A DNA stretch of 24,051 nt from a virus. Taxonomy: Duplodnaviria; Caudoviricetes. The notes under the pieces are model-generated. The model made no database searches and had not been told where the DNA came from. It saw only the letters and a program-made list of their open reading frames with translations. A program made the translations under genes and the position numbers. Within the stretch, counting starts at the first letter, position 1, and the number at the start of each line of letters is the position of its first letter. Positions 1 to 8,878 of this stretch are shown here, one piece after another. The stretch spans positions 1 to 24,051 of the IMG/VR virus record IMGVR_UViG_3300027798_000225; one strand, 5' to 3'.

Positions 1-2
1 GA

Positions 3-1367
3 GCGCTCAAGCATCCATCACCGCGCAAGATCACCGCGCTTAGCCAAGATTTCACGGCGGCGGGACTGGCGTTCGTTGGCTCTAACTCGCCGGCGAACCT
101 GGCATCGCGTCCGTGCGGTTTGCTCGTCATGGATGAGGTGGACAAGTTTGCGACCCAGCGCGGCAACGAAGCATCAGCCCTGCAGCTCGCAGAGAACAGA
201 ACCAAGAGCTTCACGAATCCGCTGCGAGTTAAGACCTCCACTCCGACAGTAGACAGCGGGACAGTCTGGCAAGAATTCCTGCGCACCGACCAGCGCTATT
301 TTATGGTTCCCTGTCCGCACTGCGGTGAGCTCATCAAGCTCGAGTGGTCGCAGGTGCGATGGTATGACAAGGAGCGCAAGGAGGACGAATGGGACAAGGC
401 TAGAGTCAGAGTGACAGCCCACTACGAGTGCCAGGAGTGCAAAGGCAAGATCACTGACAGCCACAAGACGAAGATGCTGCGCGGCGGCAAATGGATTTCG
501 ACCAATCCAAACGCAGAGCCGGGGCGCGTTGGGTATCACTTGAATTCGCTCTACGCACCGTGGAGGTCGTGCGCTTTCGGCACGTTGGCGGTAAAATGGC
601 TGGACGCGCAGAGCGACACGTCCATCCTTCAAGACTTCTTCAACTCAACCTTGGCGCTACCTTGGGAAGAACGAAGCGCCACCGTCAAGGATGAGGACAT
701 CTTGAGCCTTCGCGCCCCCTATCGACTCGGCGCCTGTCCCGTCGAAGATCCCGCCTACATCTCCATTGGCGCTGACCCTGGCGAGAAGTCCACGCACTAT
801 GTCGTGACCGCAGTCGAGAAAACAGGCGAAGCGTGGGTGATTGATTACGGCGAAGTAATCGCGCCCGAGGATTTACTTCGACTCGGCACCAAGCAATACG
901 CAATGCCGAGCGGCAAAACCGTGGGCATTAGCGGCGGTCTGATCGATTCAGCCTGGGCGACCGATCGCATTTACAAAATCTGCGCCATGAGCGGCGGCAA
1001 ACTGTGGCCGACCAGGGGCAACGACAAGGCATTCGGCACGTTTAACCAGAGCCAAATTAATGACTGGCCTGGGCTCATGCTGACCAGCTACGTGGACTTC
1101 CGTATCAAGTGCGCCCTTTGGCTGGACAGGGTGCAAAAGCGACTCCCGCCGCTCCTTCACTTTCCCGAGGACATCGGCCCCGATTACATCATGGGGCTTT
1201 CTGGCATGGCGCTAATCATGGCCAAGCACAAACGCCAGCCCCTTACCTGGAAGAAGCTGGCGCATGACCACTACGCCGATGCATTGAAGCTCTCAGCGGT
1301 GCTTTCGTGGTGGCTGGTAGCGCATCAGTTTGGATCTGCGCCGCCTGAAACTGAAGGCGATGTTTGA
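3..1367 (+). CDS. terL: Terminase large subunit, lambda GpA family (5'-truncated by the window edge)
   Basis: The frame is open from nt 3. It shows GSNSPANLASRP..LLVMDEVDK (GpA Walker B region), the coupling motif TSTPT, Zn-binding CPHC/CQEC, GYHLNSLY, FFNSTLALPW, and a nuclease region (IGADPG, LIDS, HDHYADA). Confidence 0.95.
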   Translation, partial: ALKHPSPRKITALSQDFTAAGLAFVGSNSPANLASRPCGLLVMDEVDKFATQRGNEASALQLAENRTKSFTNPLRVKTSTPTVDSGTVWQEFLRTDQRYFMVPCPHCGELIKLEWSQVRWYDKERKEDEWDKARVRVTAHYECQECKGKITDSHKTKMLRGGKWISTNPNAEPGRVGYHLNSLYAPWRSCAFGTLAVKWLDAQSDTSILQDFFNSTLALPWEERSATVKDEDILSLRAPYRLGACPVEDPAYISIGADPGEKSTHYVVTAVEKTGEAWVIDYGEVIAPEDLLRLGTKQYAMPSGKTVGISGGLIDSAWATDRIYKICAMSGGKLWPTRGNDKAFGTFNQSQINDWPGLMLTSYVDFRIKCALWLDRVQKRLPPLLHFPEDIGPDYIMGLSGMALIMAKHKRQPLTWKKLAHDHYADALKLSAVLSWWLVAHQFGSAPPETEGDV

Positions 1368-1480
1368 GTTTTGCGCGGTCTTCCGCCTTTCTTCCCGTTC
1401 TTTTTTGCGGCGGCGGCCTTCGCCTCGGAGGTTTTGAGCCCTCCGAGGCGACCTAGTTCTTGTGCGGCTTTGTTTTTCAT
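1325..1480 (-). CDS. 51-aa basic protein with KGG/AT-hook-like motif, putative DNA-binding (not in ORF track)
   Basis: Manual translation: MKNKAAQELGRLGGLKTSEAKAAAAKKNGKKGGRPRKTQTSPSVSGGADPN. It starts 4 nt after the stop of the 1811-1485 gene and overlaps the terL 3' end by 43 nt. Confidence 0.8.
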   Translation of the reverse strand: MKNKAAQELGRLGGLKTSEAKAAAAKKNGKKGGRPRKTQTSPSVSGGADPN

Positions 1481-1484
1481 TGGA

Positions 1485-1811
1485 TTAGATCAGGCCAAGT
1501 GCGCGTTGCTCCTCTTCCATTTTCGCCACGATTGCAGGGATGTGAAACATCATCAGGCTCGCAACAGTTTCGCCGACATCGGTAGAGCTTCCCGCTTCAA
1601 TGTTTGCGGCGGTAAGATCGGCCATGGCTTGCTGCAACTCTTTGAGGAGGTTTTTGTTGCCGTGAGCGGTGAGCGCTTTGATGGCTTTGTCTGTCCATGA
1701 TCCAGACTTATTCAGGATTTTACCCATGACGTGACCAACGGTGGCCAGATTGATATTGTGGTCGGCGGCGAGGTCTTTGAGTTCGGCGGCGGCGATTGAT
1801 GTTGTGCTCAT
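1485..1811 (-). CDS. Hypothetical helical protein (108 aa)
   Basis: ATG start after an A-rich leader, natural-looking composition, fills the terL-gpW gap and is apparently co-transcribed with the 51-aa gene. Confidence 0.75.
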   Translation of the reverse strand: MSTTSIAAAELKDLAADHNINLATVGHVMGKILNKSGSWTDKAIKALTAHGNKNLLKELQQAMADLTAANIEAGSSTDVGETVASLMMFHIPAIVAKMEEEQRALGLI

Positions 1812-1847
1812 ATTTTTGATCGTTCGTTGTTTGACTGACTACCCTCA

Positions 1848-1877
1848 ATCATTAAACCCAAGCGGCTCGGTATGCAA
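1848..1877 (-). promoter_or_regulatory. Putative promoter/operator of the antisense insert
   Basis: Minus-strand TTGCAT (1877-1872), then an imperfect palindrome CCAAGC-G-GCTCGG (1858-1870 on +), then AT-rich TTTAATGAT. The -10 spacing is imperfect. Confidence 0.4.
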
Positions 1878-1897
1878 GCGCAAAAGTGAATTATTTT

Positions 1898-1920
1898 TTG
1901 ACTCCCTCGCTTTGTCGATG
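1898..1920 (+). promoter_or_regulatory. TTGAC-N15-ATG motif, copy 1
   Basis: TTGAC tccctcgctttgtcg ATG. The same spacing recurs at six other structural gene starts. Confidence 0.65.
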
Positions 1921-2211
1921 GCGTCGTCCGATATTTGGGTCCGTAAACTGGTGAAGTGGTTCACCGTCTCTGAGCTAGAGGCGGCGGAGCTTTCGATCCT
2001 GCAAGCAGAAGCGGGGCGCATCCAAGACGTGGTGCAGATCACAAGCCAGTCTTCCCGCGCCGGGAGCGCCACGGGCATCAGCATCAGCCCAGACGAGCGT
2101 GCAACGTGGCTGCGGCGCATCGAAGAAGCCATCAACGAACTCAACGGCACGACGGACTACAACGACAAGTGGTTTAGCCAAGACTTTTCAACCCGCACCT
2201 TCGGAACATGA
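1918..2211 (+). CDS. Head-tail adaptor, gpW-like (97 aa)
   Basis: Small protein between terminase and portal, as lambda W, with a helix-hairpin-helix-like pattern and ATGA overlap with the portal. The start is moved from 1741 to 1918. Confidence 0.65.
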   Translation: MASSDIWVRKLVKWFTVSELEAAELSILQAEAGRIQDVVQITSQSSRAGSATGISISPDERATWLRRIEEAINELNGTTDYNDKWFSQDFSTRTFGT

Positions 2212-3659
2212 GCAGAGGACGACGTGGAAATCGCAAACCAGCAGCGGCAGGGATTAACGCCCTGACAAATTTCGACGCCGCTCAGTGGAGTCCTCGCCGA
2301 GCTTACGTAAATTGGGGCACGCTGGACACGTCCAAGGAGCTTACCGGCGGCGATAGGCTTACCATCCTGCGCAAGGCGCGCAAAATGTATGCAGACGTAG
2401 GCCTTGCTCGTCGCATCGTCAATGGTGTTGCCAATCTCGTTGGCTATCTCAAGCCACAAGCCGCGACTCCTGACCGCGAGTTTAACCGAATGGCCGAAGA
2501 GCTATTCGAGGAGCGCGCCGGCACGCCGTTCGTGTTCGACCGCGCTGGCAAAATGGACTTCTTCCAGTGGCAAATTGCGCTGACTCGTCTCCGCATCAAA
2601 GACGGCGACTCGCTTTCTGTCCTTAGCGAAACCGAATCCAAAACCGCACGCATCATCTTTTATGAGTCTCACCAAATCGCCAGCGGACAGAGCAAAACAG
2701 CCCAAGACGGCGTTTTTCTCGACAAGTTTGGGCGGCACGTCGCTTACAACCTCGTCGATGTTAGCGACCCGAACAACGCAACGAGCGTGTCGGCGGACAA
2801 CGCGATCTTTTATGCCGATTTTGAGCGTCCAGGTCAAGTCAGGGGAATTTCCGCACTCGCTCACGCCCTGAACAACATCCAGGACAGCGCCGAGATCACC
2901 GCCGACGTGAAGCACGGCATCAAAATGGCCAATCAGGTTGGCCTTGTTCGGACCATGAAGGGCGGCAACGGGCCGCAGGGCTTTGCTAGCGCCGTCACGA
3001 CCCGCAGCACAGGTGGCAGCACGATCAACATCGAGCAAATGCGCGAGGGCGGCATAGTCGGGCAGCTAATGGAAAATGAAGCGCTTTCCGTCATCCACGA
3101 CGGGCGTCCACATCCAAACCAGATGATGCTACTCGAATGGCTGGTGCGTGACATCGCATGGGGCGTTGGTTTGTCGCCAGAGGTGCTCTGGGACTTAGCT
3201 AAGCAAACAGGGCCAAGCCAGCGCTACCTAATGGCTGAGACTCAGCGCTGGATTGAGCATGAGCAAGCACGGCTCAAGCAAGCCTGTCAGCGCTTCTACA
3301 CCTACTTCATCGCCAAGGCCGTCAAGAACGGAGAGCTACCGCCACCGCCCGCAAACTGGTGGTGGGCTGAGTGGATTCCGCAAGCAGACCTAACCATTGA
3401 CCGTGGCCGCGAAGGGCGGCTTGAGCTTGAGCAGTTAGACGCAGGCGTGATGAGCTTGAATGACTACCACGCACGCAAAGGACGCGACTGGGAAAGCGTG
3501 GAGATGCAGAAGGCGCGGGAGATTTTACGCCGCCGTGAAATCGAGTCTGAAATGGGACTCGATGAAGGCGCGCTGGACGGATTCAAGCAGAAGCAACTCG
3601 ACATACAGGAGGACGCAAATGAGCAACAAGACATGGTATCAGATCAAAGCCAAGAGTGA
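2208..3659 (+). CDS. Portal protein, lambda family
   Basis: 483 aa, with ERPGQVRGISALA, DGVFLDKFGRHVAY, IAWGVGLSPEVL and W..EWIP...TID motifs, in the expected position. Confidence 0.93.
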   Translation: MSRGRRGNRKPAAAGINALTNFDAAQWSPRRAYVNWGTLDTSKELTGGDRLTILRKARKMYADVGLARRIVNGVANLVGYLKPQAATPDREFNRMAEELFEERAGTPFVFDRAGKMDFFQWQIALTRLRIKDGDSLSVLSETESKTARIIFYESHQIASGQSKTAQDGVFLDKFGRHVAYNLVDVSDPNNATSVSADNAIFYADFERPGQVRGISALAHALNNIQDSAEITADVKHGIKMANQVGLVRTMKGGNGPQGFASAVTTRSTGGSTINIEQMREGGIVGQLMENEALSVIHDGRPHPNQMMLLEWLVRDIAWGVGLSPEVLWDLAKQTGPSQRYLMAETQRWIEHEQARLKQACQRFYTYFIAKAVKNGELPPPPANWWWAEWIPQADLTIDRGREGRLELEQLDAGVMSLNDYHARKGRDWESVEMQKAREILRRREIESEMGLDEGALDGFKQKQLDIQEDANEQQDMVSDQSQE

Positions 3660-4773
3660 CAAGCCGAAGTCGGCAGACATCAGCATCCACGATGAGATTG
3701 GATTGTGGGGCATCTCCGCATCTGCATTCATGCGCGATTTGCGCGGCATGGGTGAGCTGGATGAGATCAACCTTAGCATCCATTCTCCCGGCGGCGATGT
3801 GTTGGACGGCTGGGCGATTTACAACAGCCTGAAGAACTCCAAAGCTAAGATCACCGCTCGCGTCGAAGGGCTGGCGGCGTCGATGGCTTCGGTGATTCTG
3901 ATGGCGGCTGATACCGTCGAGATCCCAGAGAACGCCTACATCATGATCCACAATCCGTGGGGATTGGCCGTTGGCGATGCCGAAGAAATGCGCGATACCG
4001 CCGACCTGCTCGACAAGCTCGGTAACGGACTGGTCAATGCTTACGTATCCCGCACAGGCAACGACGAGGACGAGATCCGCGAGATGATGAGCGCCGAAAC
4101 CTGGATGGATGGCAAGGAAGCCGTCGAGCGCGGATTTGCTGACAAACTCATCGGTGCCGTGGCTCTAAGCGCACGCGCTTTTGACTCGCGCAAATTTAAG
4201 ATGACACCCAAGTCTCTCCAAGCCAATTCCGAAACCCCTCCAGAGGTCGCTCCTGTGGAGGAAACCGCAAACGCGCCAGTTGAGCCTATCGCTCCTGTTG
4301 ATGCGGATGCTGCAACTGAGGTCGAGCCACAAGCTCCCGAAGTCGAGGTGACGGAACCCCAAGCAAAGTCCCTGCTGTCACGGTTTACTGCCCTTTTTGG
4401 TGGTGACAGTGACTCGGCGCTCAAGGCTGAACTGCAAAACAAAGACGATCAAATCCAGGTCGCTCTTAGCTACATTGATTCGCTGAAAGCGCAAGTGGCC
4501 GCGCTTGAGCCAAAAGCCAAAGCCTTCGACGAAGCTACCACTGAAATCGCACGGCTTGAAGCTGAACGGCAAACGGCAGAAGCTAAGGCGGCGGCTCAAG
4601 TCGCATCACTCGGCTTTACTCCTGAATCTGAACGGAGCCTGCCCGACGCTGAGACTGACAAGGGCGACATCCTCGCGCAATTCAACGCGATCACTGACCC
4701 CGCTGAACGCACCAAGTTCTACAACGCAAACCGCAAGGCTATCCACGCCGCTCAATTCAAATTCAAATCCTAA
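3619..4773 (+). CDS. ClpP-type head maturation protease with C-terminal scaffold region (384 aa)
   Basis: Motifs IHSPGGDV, GLAASMASVI, MIHNPW and ETWMDGKEAVERGFAD. AGGAGG lies upstream of ATG 3619. A Pro/Glu-rich linker and coiled coil follow. Confidence 0.93.
   Translation: MSNKTWYQIKAKSDKPKSADISIHDEIGLWGISASAFMRDLRGMGELDEINLSIHSPGGDVLDGWAIYNSLKNSKAKITARVEGLAASMASVILMAADTVEIPENAYIMIHNPWGLAVGDAEEMRDTADLLDKLGNGLVNAYVSRTGNDEDEIREMMSAETWMDGKEAVERGFADKLIGAVALSARAFDSRKFKMTPKSLQANSETPPEVAPVEETANAPVEPIAPVDADAATEVEPQAPEVEVTEPQAKSLLSRFTALFGGDSDSALKAELQNKDDQIQVALSYIDSLKAQVAALEPKAKAFDEATTEIARLEAERQTAEAKAAAQVASLGFTPESERSLPDAETDKGDILAQFNAITDPAERTKFYNANRKAIHAAQFKFKS
4201..4773 (+). CDS. Nested in-frame scaffolding protein (Nu3-like, 190 aa)
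   Basis: In-frame ATG at the protease/linker boundary, preceded by TTGAC-N15 (4181-4200). The product is acidic and coiled-coil-like. Confidence 0.65.
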   Translation: MTPKSLQANSETPPEVAPVEETANAPVEPIAPVDADAATEVEPQAPEVEVTEPQAKSLLSRFTALFGGDSDSALKAELQNKDDQIQVALSYIDSLKAQVAALEPKAKAFDEATTEIARLEAERQTAEAKAAAQVASLGFTPESERSLPDAETDKGDILAQFNAITDPAERTKFYNANRKAIHAAQFKFKS

Positions 4774-4785
4774 TTACATCCTTCT

Positions 4786-5676
4786 ATGGCTACTCTCTTC
4801 AACGACAAACTGTTTGGTCAACGTGCTTTCCAGCAACTGACCGAGATCCTCACTCCCCTCAACGCATTTGCTACCGACATCTCCTCCGAGGTGCGCGGTC
4901 AAGGTGATGCCGTCATCGTGCCACTTTTTGGCAATGTGACGACCACCACCTTCACGCAAGCGAGTGACGTTTACGAGCAGACCGGCGGTCTCATCACCGC
5001 CATCACCGTCAACCTGAACAAGCGCAAGATCACACCGATGGATCTTACCTTGCAACAATTAGCGGAATCCAGCAACGCAGGCCGATTTGATCAGTTCGCT
5101 GATCAGCTCGGGCGCTCCATGGCTCAAGCCGTGCTCACCGACATCTGGTCACTGATCACGACCAGCAACTTTGGTTCTGCAATCATCACCACCGCTGCCG
5201 CTAACTATGGCCGCGCTCAACTCATCGCCGCTCGCAAAGCTCTGCTTTCCGCTGGCGTTCGTGGCGACAAGTCCTTTGTTGCTAACATGGACATCGAGGC
5301 TGCGATGCTGGGCGATGACAAGATCACCTTGGCTCTCAACCGTGGCGACTCGCTCGCCATCAAAGAGGGCTTGCTGGGCCGCTTGCTGGGCATGGACATC
5401 TACTCCTCAGATGTCATCCCGCTCAACAGCGTTTCGCTTGCTGGCTTCGCCTGCGGCAAAAACGCCATCGCGGTTGCCATGCGTCAACTCGGCGAATACC
5501 TGCCCATTGAGGACTACGAAGCCGTTGAGCAGTATGTGGATGCTGAAAGCGGCATCTCCGCACTGTACACACGTCATTGGTCGCGCAGTCAGGGCAAATA
5601 CTTCGCCAATCTCCACTGCCTGTATGGATACGCCACCGCAGTGACGAATGAGCTCAAGCTCTTCACGGTGCCTTAA
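4786..5676 (+). CDS. Major capsid protein (probably HK97 fold)
   Basis: 296 aa directly after the protease/scaffold, with GDAVIVP, GLLGRLLGMDIY and C-terminal LYG patterns, followed by a strong terminator. Confidence 0.88.
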   Translation: MATLFNDKLFGQRAFQQLTEILTPLNAFATDISSEVRGQGDAVIVPLFGNVTTTTFTQASDVYEQTGGLITAITVNLNKRKITPMDLTLQQLAESSNAGRFDQFADQLGRSMAQAVLTDIWSLITTSNFGSAIITTAAANYGRAQLIAARKALLSAGVRGDKSFVANMDIEAAMLGDDKITLALNRGDSLAIKEGLLGRLLGMDIYSSDVIPLNSVSLAGFACGKNAIAVAMRQLGEYLPIEDYEAVEQYVDAESGISALYTRHWSRSQGKYFANLHCLYGYATAVTNELKLFTVP

Positions 5677-5691
5677 CCGTCTCCCGAAGCG

Positions 5692-5728
5692 GCGCGGTCC
5701 TCGAAAGGGGGCCGCGCTTTTTTTGTTT
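5692..5728 (+). terminator. Rho-independent terminator
   Basis: Stem GCGCGGTCCTC / GAAA loop / GGGGGCCGCGC, followed by TTTTTTTGTTT. Confidence 0.92.
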
Positions 5729-5761
5729 GACGATTGCGCCAAAATCGGTTTTGATGGCGGA
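5727..5761 (+). promoter_or_regulatory. Sigma70-like promoter, probably giving a leaderless transcript
   Basis: TTGACG-17 nt-TTTGAT-6 nt-ATG(5762), with inverted repeat CAAAA-TCGG-TTTTG overlapping the -10. Confidence 0.55.
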
Positions 5762-6079
5762 ATGAACGATTTAGAGCAAGAAATTGCGATCGCGAAGGCG
5801 TGCGGTTGGGAACATACGAAAACCGTAAACAACCCAGAGCCTAGCGCATACGGCAGGCATCCAATTCACACCGCAGATGTTAAGTGGGATTTACCGCTTC
5901 CCGACTACCTCAACGACCTGAACGCGATGCATGAGGCCGAAAAGCGGCTAGGTGACGGCACTTACCTATGGGACAGATATTGTGATTTTCTCGGCGGCTC
6001 GCTTTACCATTGCGCTCACGCAACCGCCGCCAAGCGCGCCGAAGCATTTCTTAAAACCCTCTACCTTTGGAAACCATGA
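5762..6079 (+). CDS. Phage ABA-sandwich-like domain protein (105 aa)
   Basis: Pattern IAKACGW...PDYLNDLNAMHEAEK...ATAAKRAEAFL. The start is reassigned to downstream of the terminator. Confidence 0.7.
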   Translation: MNDLEQEIAIAKACGWEHTKTVNNPEPSAYGRHPIHTADVKWDLPLPDYLNDLNAMHEAEKRLGDGTYLWDRYCDFLGGSLYHCAHATAAKRAEAFLKTLYLWKP

Positions 6080-6261
6080 ACGATTATCACTGGGCAGACA
6101 TTGCCGAAGCACCGCGAGACGGCACATGGATAACAGCCACCGAGATGTGGCGCGGAATGCCGATTTCGATCAAGCTGCGATTTGCTTTTGATGCATTCCG
6201 AGATGCTGAGGGCACGCCTTGGGAGCCGCAATACTTTGTGAAGGAGGGACCAAAGCCATGA
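6076..6261 (+). CDS. Small phage protein, DUF551-like (61 aa)
   Basis: N-terminal WADIAEAPRDGTWI motif and ATGA overlaps at both ends. Confidence 0.7.
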   Translation: MNDYHWADIAEAPRDGTWITATEMWRGMPISIKLRFAFDAFRDAEGTPWEPQYFVKEGPKP

Positions 6262-8480
6262 ACTACAAACGCAAACTCACCCTAGCCGTCATCTACGGCA
6301 ACGTCGAAAACATCATGGAGCGTTTCTTGCGTTCCTTTGCGCCGCTGGTTGATGAGGTGGTTTTGGTGCGGGCTATTGGCCGAAGCATTCCCGACGAAAG
6401 CTGGACGATTGCAAAATCAACACTTAGCGAGCTTGGTGTGTCGCATGGCATGACCGAATATCAGAACGCTGTCGGCACTAAGTGGCCCCACGTTGACAAC
6501 TTCGCCGCCGCCCGTCAAATAGCCTTCGACCTTGCCAGTAACGAATGGGTCATGTGGGCCGACACCGACGACATCCTCGACCCGCGCTACATCCAAATCA
6601 TCCGCCGCGCCCTGGACGGCTTAGAGGACGACTTCACCGGCATTCAATTCCCGTATGAGGTGCCCGAAGATTGCGTCACCGTCATGCGTGAGCGCATTGT
6701 CAGAAAGGATTCGTGGAAGTGGCAATCACCCATCCATGAATGCTTGATGCCCACCGTTCAAGACGCCAATATTGGCACGCTGAACAACGTCAAGATCGTT
6801 CACGCGCCGATCTCCCATCGAGCGCCGAACAATCAACGCAACATGCGGATTCTGGAAAGCATACCCGAAGCTGAGCGCACCGTGTCGCAGCGCTTTCATT
6901 TCATGCAGACTTTGGATCTCGTCGGCCGACATGACGAAGCGATGAACGAAGGCGCGAAGCTCGTTCAAGACACCGAAGTTCCGCCCGTCGAAAAATACCA
7001 GATTTATTGCTTCCTTGCCAAGGGCGCACAGGAGCCAATGCGGTCACAGCTCTACCTTCAGGCCGTAGCCATCGACCCTTCCCGCCGCGAAGCTTACGCC
7101 GAACTATGCAAGGGCGCATTCGCCCGTCAGAAGCCGCAAGAGATGATTGCTTGGGCTCGGTGCCTGCGCTCGCAACCGAAGCCTTACGAGTGGCCGTGGA
7201 ACGCTCGCCGATCACTCTGGGGACGGGAGGGCATTGAAGCTCACGCGATGGCGCTACGGGCTAATCTTGACTTCGTTGGCGCTGACACGCATGAGTTAAA
7301 CTTCTTCAAACGCAACGGCGCAAAGATCAGCCTTTTGCACGCGACCCGCGGACGAGTCCAGCAAGCCGCAGCCGCTCGCCGCAAGTGGCTGGAAAAAGCC
7401 GCAAATCCTGACGCCATTGAGCACATCTTCGCCATCGACGCCGACGACGCTGACAGCATCCAATACCTGACCTTGTGGCGGCACCGAATCGTTCAGGGTG
7501 ACGGTGGCCCAGTGCGCGCTTGGAACTACGCCGCCGAAGCATCACACGGCGAGATCCTGATTCAGTTGAGCGACGACTGGGAGCCTCCTATGCATTGGGA
7601 CAAGCTGATCCTTGAGTGGATTGGCGACACGTCAAAGCCTGCCGTTTTGCAAATCTCAGACGGTCACCGCGAAGACGATCTGATGTGCATGGCGATTCTG
7701 ACCCGCGCTCGATACCTTGATCAAGGTTACTTGTTCCACCCTGATTTTTTCTCGATGTATAGCGACAACTGGTTCAGCGAATGCGCTCACCGGGATGGAG
7801 TGGTGATTGATGCGCGGGATGTGGTGTTTGAGCATCTGCATCCTGCGTTTGGTAAGGCTCAAGTCGATGAGACTTACGCAAGGTCGAACATGAGATCGAA
7901 TTACGCCGAAGGCGCTCAGCATTTGCAGCGTCTCCAGAACGGCGCGATCACGTCATGGGACGTTGAGGGCTGGTGTGATTTTCGTGACCTTTACACGGCT
8001 ATTGCTCGCAAGCTGCAAGACGGCGACACGTTTGTCGAAGTCGGCGCGTGGAAAGGGCAAAGTATCATTCACCTTGCTCAGCGATTGCAGGATCAAGAGA
8101 AGGCGGTCAAGCTTTATGCTGTTGATACCTTCAAGGGCGATGCTGACACGGGAATTCTTGAAGTAGTGAAGGAGTTTGATCACAACGTGCAAGCGGCCAA
8201 ATGCAACTATAACGTGATCACTGTGGCGATTCCTTCAGTCATGGCGGCGACTGGTTTTGATGACTTATCCCTTGCGGGCGTATTCATCGACGCCGCGCAC
8301 GACTACGATTCAGTTCTTGCCGACTTGAAAGCATGGGGGCCGAAGGTCAAGGAAGGCGGCATCATCGCCGGTCATGACATCGACGCCGAAGGAGTGCAAA
8401 GGGCGCTGGCTGAGATGGGCTGGGAGTATCACGTGGTGGGGCGGTGCTGGGTGAAGAAGAATCAAGAAAACAAACCATGA
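6258..8480 (+). CDS. Multidomain GT2 glycosyltransferase - TPR - second GT-A domain - class I SAM methyltransferase (740 aa)
   Basis: First GT: NFAAARQIAF, WVMWADTDD, W.SPIHE. TPR-like: QAVAIDPSRREAY. Second GT: LLHATRGR, AWNYAA, IQLSDD. Methyltransferase: VEVGAWKGQS, FIDAAHDY, GGIIAGHD. AGGAGG RBS and ATGA overlap. Confidence 0.9.
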   Translation: MNYKRKLTLAVIYGNVENIMERFLRSFAPLVDEVVLVRAIGRSIPDESWTIAKSTLSELGVSHGMTEYQNAVGTKWPHVDNFAAARQIAFDLASNEWVMWADTDDILDPRYIQIIRRALDGLEDDFTGIQFPYEVPEDCVTVMRERIVRKDSWKWQSPIHECLMPTVQDANIGTLNNVKIVHAPISHRAPNNQRNMRILESIPEAERTVSQRFHFMQTLDLVGRHDEAMNEGAKLVQDTEVPPVEKYQIYCFLAKGAQEPMRSQLYLQAVAIDPSRREAYAELCKGAFARQKPQEMIAWARCLRSQPKPYEWPWNARRSLWGREGIEAHAMALRANLDFVGADTHELNFFKRNGAKISLLHATRGRVQQAAAARRKWLEKAANPDAIEHIFAIDADDADSIQYLTLWRHRIVQGDGGPVRAWNYAAEASHGEILIQLSDDWEPPMHWDKLILEWIGDTSKPAVLQISDGHREDDLMCMAILTRARYLDQGYLFHPDFFSMYSDNWFSECAHRDGVVIDARDVVFEHLHPAFGKAQVDETYARSNMRSNYAEGAQHLQRLQNGAITSWDVEGWCDFRDLYTAIARKLQDGDTFVEVGAWKGQSIIHLAQRLQDQEKAVKLYAVDTFKGDADTGILEVVKEFDHNVQAAKCNYNVITVAIPSVMAATGFDDLSLAGVFIDAAHDYDSVLADLKAWGPKVKEGGIIAGHDIDAEGVQRALAEMGWEYHVVGRCWVKKNQENKP

Positions 8481-8878
8481 AAACACGAATCTGGAATCTC
8501 ACCGAAACCTTTCCTGGGAAGGTCAACTTCATCGACGGCAACAACGTGATCCTTGGCTACGACCTTGGGCAAAACTGCTGCGAGCACGCCTTCTGGACGA
8601 TTAGCGAAACGCCGGACGGTAAAAACCCGATCCACGAAGGCGACAATGCCGCAGTGAAGGAAATCGAGCTGGATGGCTACTGCTTCGATCCTAACTACTG
8701 CCAGCGGCACGACGATGAGGGGGGCGAGGAATATGTCGCCACATTCAAGCTGGTGGGTGACCAATGGGACAAGCCGAAGCTGCCGGATCTCTTCTTGCGG
8801 CTGGAGAATCACCACAACGGCTACTACTCGCACGGTTTTGTTTTTCGAGGAAACAGCATTATCGAAGGCGCACTATGA
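8477..8878 (+). CDS. Phage hypothetical protein (133 aa)
   Basis: QNCCE and NHHNGYYSHG motifs, with ATGA overlaps on both sides. Confidence 0.8.
   Translation: MKTRIWNLTETFPGKVNFIDGNNVILGYDLGQNCCEHAFWTISETPDGKNPIHEGDNAAVKEIELDGYCFDPNYCQRHDDEGGEEYVATFKLVGDQWDKPKLPDLFLRLENHHNGYYSHGFVFRGNSIIEGAL

Noticed and set aside
1371-1700. 109-aa + strand ORF
   Set aside because: It has a TTG start and implausible composition, and is antisense to two better minus-strand genes.
1831-1850. Extra TTGAC copy on the + strand
   Set aside because: No start codon lies 14-16 nt downstream. Isolated TTGAC pentamers are expected by chance.
1741-1917. N-terminal extension of the gpW-like ORF
   Set aside because: It overlaps the minus-strand gene and its AT-rich promoter region. 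ATG 1918 carries the recurring motif.
5648-5761. Upstream start of the post-capsid ORF
   Set aside because: It would run through the capsid stop and the terminator.
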